DNA of 64,000 nucleotides from Octopus sinensis (lineage: Eukaryota): positions 198,276,001 through 198,340,000 of the forward strand of contig NC_042997.1 in the NCBI RefSeq assembly GCF_006345805.1, read 5' to 3'. The notes under the pieces are model-generated. The model searched no databases. It worked only from the letters and a program-made list of their open reading frames with translations, and was not told the origin of the DNA. The translations under genes and the position numbers were made by a program. Position 1 is the first letter of the stretch. The number at the start of each line of letters is the position of its first letter. Shown in pieces: positions 14,106 to 27,295 of the stretch.

Positions 14106-14360
14106 AGGCGGCGAGCTGGGAGAAGAAGGCGGTGAGCTGGAAGAAACGTTAGCACGCCGGGCGAAATGCGTAGCCATATTTCGTCTGCCGTTACGTTCTG
14201 GGTTCAAATTCCGCCAAGGTCGACTTTGCCTTTCATCCTTTCGCGGTCGATTTATTAAGTACCAGTTGTATACTGAGGTCGATGTAATCGACTTTATACC
14301 TTTGTCTGTCCTTGTTCGTCACCTCCATGTTTAGCCCCTTGTGGGCAATAAGAAATAAAC
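14106..14360 (+). mobile_element. SINE S2
   Basis: GGCGGCGAGCTGG head (duplicated), B-box GGGTTCAAATTCC, conserved body, AAGAAATA tail. Confidence 0.85.
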
Positions 14361-14399
14361 CTCTCATAATAGGATAAGCTTTCATTTAGATACAATAAT

Positions 14400-14756
14400 T
14401 GGCACTCCGACAGTTACGACAAGTGTTCCAGTTTATCCGATCAAACGAATAGCCTAAACATAAAATTGAGATAAAACTGAATAGCCTACACATAAATTTA
14501 ACATAAAATCAAATCTAGTGGTAGAACCCTCGACATACACGCGTACCGTTAACGCAGGTTTCAGGGAGTTACAACGTGACGCAGAATGTGACAGCAATGA
14601 CCCTATGAAATACAATCATTACTTATTTTGGCCAGCTGAGTAGGCTCGAACATCATGAAGTGTCTTGCTCAGGGACGTTACGTGCTTCTGGGTATCGAAC
14701 TCACGATCTTACGATTATGAGCCGAATTCCCTAACCCCTACGCCACACGCCTTCAC
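14400..14756 (-). mobile_element. SINE S5 (diverged copy)
   Basis: Colinear similarity to 21180-21505. Confidence 0.7.
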
Positions 14757-15151
14757 TTCATATACGATACTGAACTTAAAAGTTGATGTTTCTTGAGCGA
14801 GTTCTGCGACAAGGGCTGTTGGCCCACAAACATACACTATACATACGCACACTGTTTGGTCAAAGACACACACATACACATACACATACATGTGCCCGCA
14901 CGACCTGAGCAAGCATACACCAGCTGCAACATACAACACCCACACATACACACACAGGTTAGTCACACATATACACATATCCATACGAACACACACATAC
15001 ACTCGCCCACACATAGATACTCACACACTCGCCCACACATACGTACTCACAAATTCGCCTCGCCTCCTTTCATACATGCACACTTATCCCATCATTCTCA
15101 CATACACACACGCGTGTTTGTGCACCTTTGTTCGTTGGGGGTCACCGTCAC

Positions 15152-15196
<45 letters not shown>

Positions 15197-17469
15197 TATC
15201 TCCTTTTCATTCAGCCGCTTTTTTCCAGTCATCTCATCATGTTTGACCATTCAACTATATACTTTATTATCTGTCCGTATTTTTCATTCTCTCTCCAATT
15301 TTTTCTCTTAATTCCTTGTGTCGAAGAGGTGTAGGCTCGAAATATAAAAGATTTTTCATTCTTCCCGAGGTTAAAACTAATACACCTGTTTGTAGTTCCT
15401 ACACCTGTCTTCTTTATTTGTTTTCCGTAAATTTGAAATATATATATATATATATGGAGTTTGGGATGGGGCAAGTGTACTCTACTAAAGCCTTCAGGCC
15501 AAAAAATACCTTGTGAATGAATTTAGCAAAGAGAAACTGTATATAATAGTAAACAATATGGAAGCGAGTCGAATGGTGGAGTATGTATGTGTGAGCTTGT
15601 GTGTGTGTGTGTGTGTGTGTCTGTGTGTGTGTGCGTATGGACGTATGTGTATGTGTATAGACATGTGTATGTGTGTGTGTATATGTGTGTGTGTCTTCGT
15701 CTTTTGTTTTCTGTAAATTTGAACTGTATATATACGTGTGTGTGTGTGTGTGTGTGTATGTAGAAGGTTGAAAAGTAATATACGAGTAGACATGTATAAG
15801 GAAAATAAGACTAAGTAGAAAATGCTAAAATAGTTTTATTATGAAGGACATTTTAGCTCCGGTTTCAGTCCTTGTACCGAGAGTAGGAAAACGTCGTTAT
15901 GATGCCGGACGAAATGCTTAGCTGCATGTCATCCGTCTTCATAATCTGAGTTCAAATTCTGCCGAGGTCATCTTTGCCTTTCGGGGTCGATTAAATAAAC
16001 ACCAGTTGAGCCCTAGAGTTGATGACATCGCCTTACACCCTCCCCCAAAACTGCAGGCCTGGTGGCACAATTTGAACCGAATGTTAATTATTATAATTAC
16101 CACGTTGTCCTTATTTGTTTGCAAGTGTATGCTGCGTGATTTTGTCTTCGTATGTATGTTTTAAGTGTCTTGGGTGCATAGAATTGTATTTGTAAATCAA
16201 TATCTATTTCTTTGCTTTACTGCGAAGCTTCCGTTTTTCTTTCTGGTTCTATACAAGCGTTTCATCTGTTAAAGTCAATTAAGTACACTCTCTCAAACAA
16301 TATCAACAGCAACACGTGACAGAAACACATATGGATATACATACCTTAACCGTTTTTGGACTTCTCGAGCCATGAATGTCAGTAGGAGAATTGAAAGGAG
16401 GCAGCTAGAAGGTGAGAAACGCCTCTTTACAAACTGAAACTGAAAGTTAGCAGATCTGCAGGCCGGATGATGATGATAATGATGATTGACGGTTGTGGTA
16501 TCTGCATATCTACTCAGAAAACAGCAATATAACCGTCCACAAGAATTAACATCACATCCTGTTCTTGCTGCGGCTATTGCAAATGTCTTTGTCTCAAGGT
16601 TTCTTTCAGATTACACACTTGTACGCATCTCACTCTCGTGCAGCGGTCACTCACTCTGCTAGAAATATCCTTCAAAGTATATCACTTCCTAAAACTTGAA
16701 ATGGCGTGATCAATTTTGACATAGGTATGCAAATTCAGACGGGATAAGGACGATTGTTATGCCACTGACCATTGCTATCTCGATCTGAAGCTAGCTGGGT
16801 TTAAATAACAGCAATAATACCAACAGTAAATATTACAAACTCTTCACAACAGAGTTGGCAATAAAAAGAAACGTATGGCGGAAAAGGATTTGGTGGGCCA
16901 GTATGTGAGTGGAATTCTCTCTCATCAAAACTCAAGATATAATCTATATTTCTCATTGGTTTCAAATTTTGGCACAAGGCCAGCAATATTTAACGTAGGG
17001 ACCAATCCATTACATCGACCCCAGTGTTCAACAGGTACTTATTTTAACGATTCCGAAAGACTGAGTCGACATTGGTGTTATGTGAACTCAGAACGTAGCG
17101 GCAGACGAAATACTTATTTCTTTACTACCCACAAGGGGCTAAACACAAAGAGGACAAACAAATTCCACTGAGGTAGACTTTGCCTTTCACCCTTTCGGTG
17201 TCGATTAAATAAGTACCAGTTACGCACTGGGGTCGATATAATCAACTTAATCCGTTTGTCTGTCCTTCTTTGTCCTCTCTGTGTTTAGCCCCTTGTGGGA
17301 AGTAAAGAAATAGGTATTTTGTCTGTCGTTACGTTCTGAGTTCAAATTCCGCCGAGATCGACTTTGCATCTCATTCTTTCGGGGTCGATAAATTAAGTAC
17401 CAGTTAAACACTAGGGTCGGTGTATTTGACCAGTCCTCTCCATTCGAGTACTTATGATAAAAGAAGTTA

Positions 17470-17913
17470 GGCGTGGGTGTGTGATAAGTAGCTTGCTTAC
17501 CAGCCACAAGGATTCAGGTTCACTCCCACTTTATGGCACCTTGGGCAAGTGTCTTCTTCTATAGCTTCGGTCCGACCAAAGCCTTGTGAGTGGATTTGGT
17601 AGATGCAAATTGAAAGAAGCCCGTCGTATATATATATATATACATATGTATGTATGTATATATATATATGTTTGTATGTATGTATACGCGTGTGTGTCTT
17701 TGTATCTGTGCTTGTCCCTCCACCATCGCTTGACAACTGATGTTGGTGAATTTACATCCTCGTAACTTAGTGGTTCAGCAAAGAGACTGATAGAATATGT
17801 ACCAGTCTTACAAAGAATAAATCCTGGGTCGATTTGTTCGACTAAAAATCCCATTAAGGTGGCGATCCAGCATCGCCGCAGTCAAGTGAGGGAAACAAGT
17901 AAAAAATAAAAGA

Positions 17914-17914
<1 letters not shown>
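17470..17914 (+). mobile_element. SINE S1
   Basis: Diverged full-length copy with head, microsatellite middle and LINE-like tail. Confidence 0.85.
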
Positions 17915-17980
<66 letters not shown>

Positions 17981-18160
17981 GTGTATCTCTTCTCAAGGCC
18001 TTTACTAACCTAAATATTTTTACATTCCATATTTAGACTTAGGAACATTTAATAAATGGTCACAATTCCATTCCATTTACGTATAATGCAGTGTTACATA
18101 ATTTACACTATTTGCATTATCTACATTCGAAGGATATTTGTCCTCATCTTGTTTGTTGTT

Positions 18161-18206
18161 AACACAACGTTTCGGCTGATATACTCTCCAGCGTTCTTCA
18201 GGTGTC
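18161..18206 (-). ncRNA. minimal type-I hammerhead ribozyme motif
   Basis: Minus strand GACAC-CTGAAGA-AC-GCTGG(AGAGTATA)TCAGC-C-GAAA-CG-TT-GTGTT; palindromic AACGTT stem III. Confidence 0.65.
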
Positions 18207-18274
18207 TTAGGGAAATTTCGAACCTAGCTTCTCATTCCGAAGATATTTTTCAATGTTGTTATTATTATTATTAT

Positions 18275-18338
18275 TGTTCAAGTCACTGCTTGTAATCGAA
18301 CTCTGTTCTTGGGGTTAGTAGCCCGCGCTCTTAGCCAC

Positions 18339-18340
<2 letters not shown>
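18275..18340 (-). mobile_element. tRNA-derived head fragment inside the hammerhead-bearing inverted repeat
   Basis: Minus strand AAGTGGCTAAGAGCGCGGGCTACTAACCCCAAGAACAGAGTTCGATTACAAGC: D-arm/A-box-like, anticodon-arm-like and B-box GAGTTCGATT. Confidence 0.55.
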
Positions 18341-18387
<47 letters not shown>

Positions 18388-18435
18388 CATCGAAATAACC
18401 TTCGGAATAAGAACCCAGGTTCGAAATTTCCCCAA

Positions 18436-18480
18436 GACACCCGAAGAACGCTGGACGGTATATCAGCCGAAACGTTGAGA
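18436..18480 (+). ncRNA. hammerhead motif, mirror copy (degenerate)
   Basis: GACAC-CCGAAGA-ACGCTGG...TCAGCC-GAAA-CG-TT; stem I 3' strand partly lost. Confidence 0.45.
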
Positions 18481-19863
18481 TCAAATATCCGTCGAATGTA
18501 AATAATGTCCATAATTCCTCATCTCTTAAATATAGAACTGTAATGCAGTGTTATATATGAATTGTAATTTATACAGCTTTAATTTTCTCAACATATTCAA
18601 TGGATGTTAATTATTACCAAAAAGGTGTAGTGGTGTTATTGCCGTGAGATTTGAATGTGCCGTAATTTTTAAATACAGTTTAAATATTTGTTGGAGAAAA
18701 TTAAAGAAGTTAGCTATAGTTATAAAATTAAATTTATTCATTTATTTACTCCTATTAATATTCTCTAAATTTATTTAAACTACTCCACAGAACGCGTATA
18801 AGATTTAGGAATCTGTACTTCTTGGTATGGCAAACGCGGATTTTAAGCATATTTTGCTTATAATTGTGCTATAATTATTGGATTAAATTTAATGCAAACA
18901 CTGTATTTAAATAAGAATTTAAAAAAAATTTCTTTCATTATTCCAAATTATGCAGCGCAAATCCGTTACCTTTTTAATTAATTGATATTATTTAGACATT
19001 TTTAAGAAACACAAACTATTTTTATAATCAATATGATTTTTAACGAATATTGATTTTCGCAGGTTTTAATAAAATTTAGAATTCTGTATGAATATTCTTC
19101 AATGCATTTATCTATAATTGTAATTCTCAAACTGTGCACCGGAGACATTTATAAATATAATTTATGAGTGCAAAAAATCCATATTAACCGTTGACAATTT
19201 TGTAAAACCAGTAATTCATAATTTTGTTATACATAAATATGATTACTGAAACAAGGTAAGCAACAAATTTCTCTATTTTTAAAAAATTCTAGATAAATGT
19301 TTACATTTTAAACATGAATTCTTTTACAAACTTGATGCCAATATTTTTCAACTGTCATACATTACGCAGTAGAAATACATTTGTTTGATTTCTACAGCAA
19401 TTGGAAGTTTAAATGACTGAAAACCACTAAGTTACGACATTGACGATTTTCGGTTTTTATGATATCTATGAAACTTTTCAACGATAAAGTGAGGTGAAGA
19501 AGATTGTTTTGCAACATGATTCTGGGATCGATCTTATGTCAATGGACCTTAGAAATGTAACTTCAAACATTGCCTAACTTTGGTTTGATCATTGTTTTAT
19601 AACCGATATATATTACACTAAAGTTGCGAAGTCCTGTCTAATATATATGTAAGCGTACATACATTATATACATACATGCATACATACATGATTATTTATA
19701 TATGACGAGCTTCTTTCAGTTTCCGTCTACCAAATCCACTCACAAGACTTTGGTCGGCCCGAGGTTTGAGTAGAAGACACTTGCCCAAGGTGCCACACAG
19801 TGGAACTAAATCCGGAACCATGTGGTTGGCAAGCAACCTACTTACCACACAGCTACTCCTACG

Positions 19864-19899
<36 letters not shown>

Positions 19900-20020
19900 C
19901 ATTAAGGGCACAGAAATCAGTGTGCCTATATGTTAAAAAACACTAATTCACTTCAATATACACAGGATGAAAGCGGGAAAAGTGGATAAACCAAAAAATT
20001 CATAAAATAATTAGGATACT

Positions 20021-20073
20021 CCTAGATTAATTAATTTCTGGACAAGTATAGTAACGCCTCATTTATCAGTAGG
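20021..20073 (-). ncRNA. hammerhead motif, mirror copy (G8A)
   Basis: Minus strand CCTA-CTGATAA-...-GAAA-TTAATTAA-TC-TAGG. Confidence 0.45.
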
Positions 20074-20119
20074 TTATAGCAAGCGTAATAACTGAATATA
20101 TGTATACATACATCTATAC

Positions 20120-20287
20120 AGGCGCAGGAGTGCCTGTGTAGTACGAAGCTAGCTTCCCAAACACATGTTTCTGGGTTGGTTCAGTCTGATTGCATGGTAC
20201 GTTCGGCAAGAGTCTTCTACTATAGCCTCATGCCGACCAAAGCTTTGCGAGTGGATTTGGTAGACGAAAATGAAAGAAGCCTGTCGA

Positions 20288-20329
<42 letters not shown>

Positions 20330-20538
20330 ATTTGTATGTCTGTATTTGTCCTCCGACATCGCTTGTCAACCGATGTTGGTGTGTTTACGTCCCCGTAAAC
20401 TAGCGGTTCGGTGAAAGAGACCGATAGGATAAGTACTAGGTTGACAAAGAGAAAGTCCTGGCGTCGATGACTTCGACTAAAGGCAGTGCTCCAGCAAGGC
20501 CGAAGTCAAATGACTGAAACAAGTAATAGAATAAAAGA
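20120..20538 (+). mobile_element. SINE S1 inserted between the arms of a hammerhead-bearing inverted repeat
   Basis: GGCGCAGGAGTG head to TGACTGAAACAAGT tail. Confidence 0.85.
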
Positions 20539-20592
20539 ACACCAATACAAATGCACACGTATACATATTTTCATTTATTACGCTTGGTATAG

Positions 20593-20645
20593 CCTACTGA
20601 TGAAGGAAGAGTTATTATACTTGTCCAGAAATTGACGAATCTAGG
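20593..20645 (+). ncRNA. type-I hammerhead ribozyme motif
   Basis: CCTA-CTGATGA-AGGAAG...CTTGTCCA-GAAA-TT(GACG)AA-TC-TAGG; AUC cleavage triplet. Confidence 0.65.
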
Positions 20646-21179
20646 ATTATCCGAATTGTTTTATAAATTTTCTAATTTTCCACTTTTCCCGCTTTTAGAT
20701 TACTACACATACACTCATACACACACACACACAAGCACACACATAGTGTATCATCTGCATACGAATAGATGTACCACTACCACTGTAAACATTTGAGAAT
20801 GTCCACTATCTAGTCTGCTTCCAGTATGGTGGTCAAGCAAATACGATGCTTAGTATTAATTCTAGTTACAATATACAGAGAGTATAACCAATATATTGCA
20901 CATAAATTGCTAACCAGGGAATCTTAAATGGACCCCACAAGAGTCATAAGGACTCCAATTGTGAACTCCTGGACTGGAGTTTCTGCAGGTGTGTAAAGGA
21001 TGAATGGACAACCTGACAGCGCGAAAGCAATTTCTTTAAGGGCGAATGAACTCAAAAGACGTCAAACGTTATTTGTTAATACTAATAATCGAGCAAGACC
21101 ATTTTATAAAGAGTTTTTTGTTGTTTAAGTTTGAAGTAGAGCCAATGTGATTCGTACATTCACCATAAGGGAAGATAAG

Positions 21180-21505
21180 GAACACTCCGTCGGTTACGAC
21201 GACGAGGGTCCCAGCTGGTACGATCAACGGAACGGCCTGCTCGTGAAATTAACGTGCAAGTGGCTGAGCACTCCACAGACACGTGTACCCTTGACGTAGT
21301 TCTCAGGGAGATTCAGCGTGACACAAAGTGTGACAAGGCCGGCCCTTTGAAATACAGGTACTACTCATTTTTGCCAGCTGAGTTAGACTGGAGCAACGTG
21401 AAATAAAGTGTCTTGCTCAAGGACACAACGTGTCGCCGGGAATTGAACTCACGACCTTACGATCATGAGCCGAATGCCCTAACCAATAAGCCACGCGCTT
21501 TCACG
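21180..21505 (-). mobile_element. tRNA-derived SINE S5
   Basis: Minus-strand head GCGCGTGGCTTATTGGTTAGGG...GAGTTCAATTCCC, body TGTCCTTGAGCAAGACAC...CAGCTGGCAAAAATGAGTA. Confidence 0.8.
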
Positions 21506-21964
21506 TAACGTAAGACAGCTAAGCCTATGATAAACAATTACCTTTAAGGTAATAATTAGTCAATAGACATAAAGGGTTTAATTTTCTACTGTTTGTCCGT
21601 GTTGCAGCGGCTTATGTCTTGTAAGAGCGGACTGTAATTTTCTAACACCGTCTTTGTTAAATGACCGGCTCCTAAGAGATATTTGTGTTGCTTATAATTA
21701 AAAATAATCAATTATGGCTGGACTTCCTTAACGATAACATTAGGTTACGATTATAAATTTGTAAAATGGTGTTATATAAGGTTTTGTGCTAATTTCAATA
21801 TTTGTATATATAAACCTTACAAGATGTTCAAAATTGATTAATGGTATATCCGTATTGTATTTTATTGAATGGGTTGATCGATAGAATAGAAAATTCGGTA
21901 TCGATCTGTAATATCAAATTGATGCTTGTTTTCGTTATTACACGCTTGGAATAGTTGTTATGGC

Positions 21965-22031
21965 AAATGTGTGTGTGAGTATAGATACGTGTGTATGCCT
22001 GTATGTGTTTGTATGTATGCATAAATACATA

Positions 22032-22084
<53 letters not shown>

Positions 22085-22102
22085 CATATATATATGTATG
22101 TG

Positions 22103-22134
<32 letters not shown>

Positions 22135-22196
22135 ATATACATATATATATGTATGTGTATATATATAATATATATATACACATACATATATATATG

Positions 22197-22231
<35 letters not shown>

Positions 22232-22232
22232 G

Positions 22233-22281
<49 letters not shown>

Positions 22282-22480
22282 TTATATACATATATATATG
22301 TATGTGTATATATATATATACATATATACATATATATATGTATGTGTATATATATATATGTATGTGTATATATATATATGTATGTGTATTTATATATATA
22401 TACATATATATATGTATGTGTATATATATACACACACATGCATACATACATACACATATATAGTTGCATACATATATATG
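21965..22480. repeat. compound (TA)n/(TG)n microsatellite
   Basis: Directly visible; similar tracts at 9630-9915, 35890-36111, 36927-37095, 39410-39720, 40095-40560, 54760-54965. Confidence 0.95.
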
Positions 22481-22631
22481 GTATTTAGTTAGTGTGTTAC
22501 ATATCCCAGTGCCCAAATAATTATAGGTACAAACCTCTGTGTGTATGTATGTAACACAATCAGACGAGTAACTTCTTGAAACAATATATATGTGTATGTA
22601 TATATATATATTATATATATATAATATATAT

Positions 22632-22663
<32 letters not shown>

Positions 22664-24547
22664 CACATGCATACATACACATATATAGTTGCATACATAT
22701 ATATGGTATTTAGTTAGTGTGTTACATATCCCAGTGCCCAAATAATTACAGGTATAAACCTCTGTGAGTATGTATGTAACACAATCAGAAGAGTAACTTC
22801 TTGAAACAATATTCGTTTTGGATTGCTTTTCGACTTCCTCGAAGATTTAAAAGTAAGTATTGTAATTCGGGTTAGTAGTTTTGTTAATGGCCACAGTTCA
22901 ATGAAACATAATTTATAGACTAGATTCAAGAAAATTTCAAATCCGGTAACAAATGCTTTGTTGGAGGAGAATTTAACTGTTCGTTGGTATTAAGTTCGTC
23001 GAGAAAGTATCCTAATATTTTATCAAGATAGTACAAATTGGTTTCTGTTCTTATACGTTTTAACCCACGCTTTAATGTCAAATAGGCTGTATACTAGTTT
23101 CTGAGAAACTTACTTAATCATGCGCGACTTTATTGTTGGTAATTTATATTTTCAAATAACTGCTAAATTTCATTTAACGTTATCAAGTATAATTTAAATA
23201 TCAACAGCATTTTTCATCACATGACACTATCTTGCTCACTGATGAGATAATTCTGTAAATTTATGAGTATTAGAAATTTATTGTTCGAAATGTTCTCAAA
23301 ATAAGAAGCCCTTTTCGTTTGGTTGTTTCTTTTGTTGTCCATTTGAATATGTTTGTATCTCATCATCCTCTTTGCTTCCAGTATAATATACACAGCAAAC
23401 TTAGGAGAAATTAACGACAACCAAAGTTTATGTCATGGCTTGAGGGATATTCGAACCTGTAAGAAAGCTATCACTGTATTCAGTCAAGAAGAAAATCTCT
23501 AGCTAGAGACAAATAAGTTTTAATGCACCGAGTCAGTTCACAGTGCTCCATATTCAAACCGCTCAAACATATATTTCGGAGTCGTTATCACTTCTTCAGC
23601 AGCAAAGACTGGAGAGGTAAACGCTGTGAACTGTTTCATTTGATATTCCTGTCATCGCTTAACGACTGGTTGCGCTAGTCAGCCGATCACCTTAAATAAA
23701 GTACGGGCTGAGAGCGTCAAGCAGTGATGTATATAAACACAATATCTAAAGTAGGCAGGTATATACATAGATACAGGTGTTCAATAAAGTAATCAATGCA
23801 TATGAAATAGAGTTAATATAATTTTAATTCGAATGCTGGCTATGCGAGGAATCAGCTTTTTCGATTTACTACACACACACACAAACAGACGCATGAACAT
23901 ACATACGAATGAACACACTCACACACACACCAATATATAGTGTATCATGAGCATGCAAATAGATGTACAACTACCACTGTAAGCATTTGAGAATATCTAC
24001 TATCTAGTCTGCTTCCAATATGGTGGTCAAGCTGATATGTTGCTTAGTAGTATTTCTAGTTATAATATACAAGAGAAAATTTAGGAGAAATTACAACAAA
24101 CATAAATCTATGTCATTCCTTTCTCCGTGGGGTGGTTGTCTGCCACTCTACATTAGGAGTTCCGAGTGCAATTGGATGCTTAACTCCAACGGATCATTAA
24201 GGAACACTTCAATGCATTATGTTACAGATATTGTTTCTATGCAACGTGATGCCATAAAGTTCCCTGAATCCCTCTTCGTGAAAAATCCAATTCCATTTTT
24301 GACACATTCTGTACAGAATTAAAAGAAACATAATGGTGAAACGAACGTAGGAGTAAGTTATATAAACCTGTGTTTATCGGAATTTCTCCTACATAGATAC
24401 CTAGATACACGCATAAACACACACACACACACACACACGCACACACACATATATAGATATGCATATGCGTATAACGCACAAAACTCTCGAATCTTGTGTT
24501 ATTCTATTACTTCTGCTAAATATTAATAAACACACACACACATCACG

Positions 24548-24578
<31 letters not shown>

Positions 24579-24642
24579 ACATACACATCACACACACACA
24601 CACATCACACACACAGACACACACACACAGATTATTATAAGG

Positions 24643-24773
24643 TTGTCCCAAAAGTTCGTAGAAAGTCTTGGAAAATAATGGTCTTTATTTTGAGGAATAA
24701 TTTTTGTTATTTTTGTTAGTACTTGGTGAGTAAAAATTCAATTTTCGCAAGTGTTTACGAACTTTTGGGACAA
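24643..24773. mobile_element. small Tc1/mariner-like MITE
   Basis: 18-bp perfect inverted repeat TTGTCCCAAAAGTTCGTA / TACGAACTTTTGGGACAA. Confidence 0.55.
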
Positions 24774-25303
24774 TGAAACACAAGAGAAAATAAAATAAAA
24801 TGCAAGATGTGTATCTTGTTATATTGTTGTATTAGCATATCGCTTAAAGGAAAGGAAAGACGTTTGACGTCTCGAATTCCTTGGACGCTAGTCATCATCC
24901 GAAGATTAAAAAAGAAAAGAAAAAGGGAGCATGAAAGAGATAAAGTGATTGGTGGAAAAAAATTAGGGGTTTTGGAGACAGGAGAGAACAGACAGTAAAA
25001 ACGCTTTGGAGTGTATCTGGCTCCGTCGAGAGCAGAGTCGTAAATCGACGTCGAAATTCAGAGTCAATTATGGTTTAGGCGGCTGAACAGCCACTGGAAT
25101 GTCTCCCCTATGGCACTACGGTGGGGAAATAAAAAATGGAGTAGCAATGAGAGAAACTGTATTACTTATTGGACTGAAGCAATGCCAGGGCTCTGGTTTT
25201 AAGGATTTAGTTGAGAAAAATCTACACCTGCACCTCTTTTACGTTTCCTACTGTGTTTCCTGTCAGCTGTGTTTGAGCTGAGGGTAGAGAATGATTATGC
25301 AGA

Positions 25304-25532
25304 AGGCGCTGGCTGAAACGTTAGCACGCCGGGCGAAATGCGTAGCCGTATTTGGTCTGCCGTTACGTTCTGAGTTCAAATTCCGCCGAGGTCGACTTTG
25401 CCTTTCATCCTTTCGGGGTCGATAAATTAAGTACCAGTCACGCACTGGGGTCGATATAATCGGCTTAATCCGTTTGTCTGTCCTTGTTTGTCCTCTCTCT
25501 GTTTAGCCTCTTGTGGGTAGTAAAGAAATAGG
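25304..25532 (+). mobile_element. SINE S2 with target-site duplication
   Basis: Full S2 unit flanked by GGTAGAGAATGATTATGCAG direct repeats (about 25283-25302 and 25531-25550). Confidence 0.9.
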
Positions 25533-27059
25533 TAGAGAATGATTATGCAGGTATTTGACTACTAATTCTGTTAGATCGAGCAACTAACTTGGTGGTCCCT
25601 CATTGATTAATTATATCTGACAAATTTTAATTTACACCAGTGGTGATGCAGAAATAACTGAGTGAATCTCATGACCAACAACACCATTAACAACAATTAA
25701 AGTACTTTCTGCATTCAGTATTTTCTTATCTATATGCTGGCGTGGATAAGATTTTCCATTCAACTTTCTAGTGTCAATTAAATACTAAGCACATTATGTC
25801 ATCTAATTCAGTCAATAGTTACTCAAACATGCAAGAAGATGATGTATTAGAACTTTCTCGAAGATAACAATCTTTTGAAACAGTGTCATTTATAAAGCTG
25901 TGATCAGTTACATTTGGCACGTTCGTGTATTTAAACATGAATAAAGACCTTCGCTGCGGAAGCTATCATACACGCGAACGTGATGAATGTATCTGTACAA
26001 GGACAGCTTTATTTTAATCATCGCAGTTTAGTGTGACAGTAATTAATTCTTAACTATATCATTAGTGAGACAATTAAATTAAAATGGATATGTCTTTTTT
26101 ATTGATTAAAAATAAACATCTAATATCTTTCATAATTTGATTATTCAAATGCGAACCATGAAATTTGCTATGTCAGCCAAAATGTCATAATTTCTAGTTG
26201 AAGGGGGAGTGCAGTCAATAACATCAATTACATCGAACCCAGTACTAGACAGATAATTTATTTTATTGATCACAGAAGGATGAAAGTAACAGTTTTCCCT
26301 TTCGGGATTCGAAACATAACTTAAAGAAATACAAATTGTTATGAAATACATTTCAATCAGTATTTTATAGATTCTGCCATCCATTCAGACATCGACCATA
26401 TTATTTTTTTATCGTTTCCCTTGTTTCACCCTCAATGTTAAGGACCACACTTTCATACTCTTTACTCGGATAGTTGGAGCATAGGTCTTGCCAGAGCTTA
26501 CTCTTCGGCTGATTCGAAGGCACATGGATGCCTCTGCTTTTTCGATAGGCAGCGCTTTATAAATATCCTCCCAGAACTTTTGTTAATGGATTCGTTGAAC
26601 AAAGAGACTTCCTTTTTTGTGACATGTCTCTTCCAAACATTACTTTATCTAAAACATCTTTCTGTTCTGTTACAATAGCAACCCTATGTCACTGTTTCGC
26701 TCTTATATCGTAAAATCTATCACCGCTCTGTTTTTCAGTCCTATTCATAAAAGTGTTTACAACTTTTTCTCTTTATTCAATTGTCATCGCTTCTTTTACG
26801 CTTGACCTTTTCTTTCAACATTTTCAAATTGCTTTAAAAATATTTTGGTACCTCTTTTGCGGCAACGCTTGAGTCTGAAACAGCTTTTTGCTAATCCAGT
26901 GGAAGCCATATTAAAATAAGATTAGACAATGTCAACACACACACACACACACACACATTTAAACTATTTCGAATGACAAAACAATATTTTTCCTTTGTAG
27001 ACTAATAAGATTGGAAAAGAATTTGGGGTTCAAAATTCCTATATTGCAAGCATTATTCA

Positions 27060-27295
27060 TTCATCCGTCTATTGTTGTTGAGAATGGTCGAGGACATCAG
27101 CTGGAGGAATAATAGTGTCATGGCACGATGTCAGGCTCTGGCTAGTCAGTCCGATGCGTGCTCGGAAGACTGCCGCAGGTCTGGCACTAATGGTCAGCTA
27201 GAACTGAAGACAAGGAGTTGGCTCTCGACTTTGTGCCCCTGCCGTCCTGTTCTGGTTGTAGGAACTGGCATCTCGGTTCGTGCAGCTTCCCTGGC
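27060..27295 (-). pseudogene. 3' end of RTE-type LINE (C-terminal C2H2-like motif)
   Basis: Minus-strand frameshifted peptide ...KSRANSLSSV-ADH*CQTCG / VFRARIGLTS, typical of RTE C-termini, followed by short 3' UTR and (TGAA)-like tail. Confidence 0.6.

Noticed and set aside
18275-18340. Functional tRNA gene
   Set aside because: Acceptor stem 5' half missing; only a tRNA-derived fragment.
22780-22826. CAGAAGA...GAAAC hammerhead-like string
   Set aside because: No convincing stem I or stem II pairing in register.
23560-23605. Minus-strand CTGAAGA-AGT...ACT-CC-GAAA motif near a weak ORF (23217-23420)
   Set aside because: Stem I does not pair; could be a decayed PLE but is unsupported.
26400-26910. 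Lys-rich coding-like minus-strand region starting MASTG
   Set aside because: Many stops and no recognisable motif; possibly decayed LINE ORF1 but not supportable.
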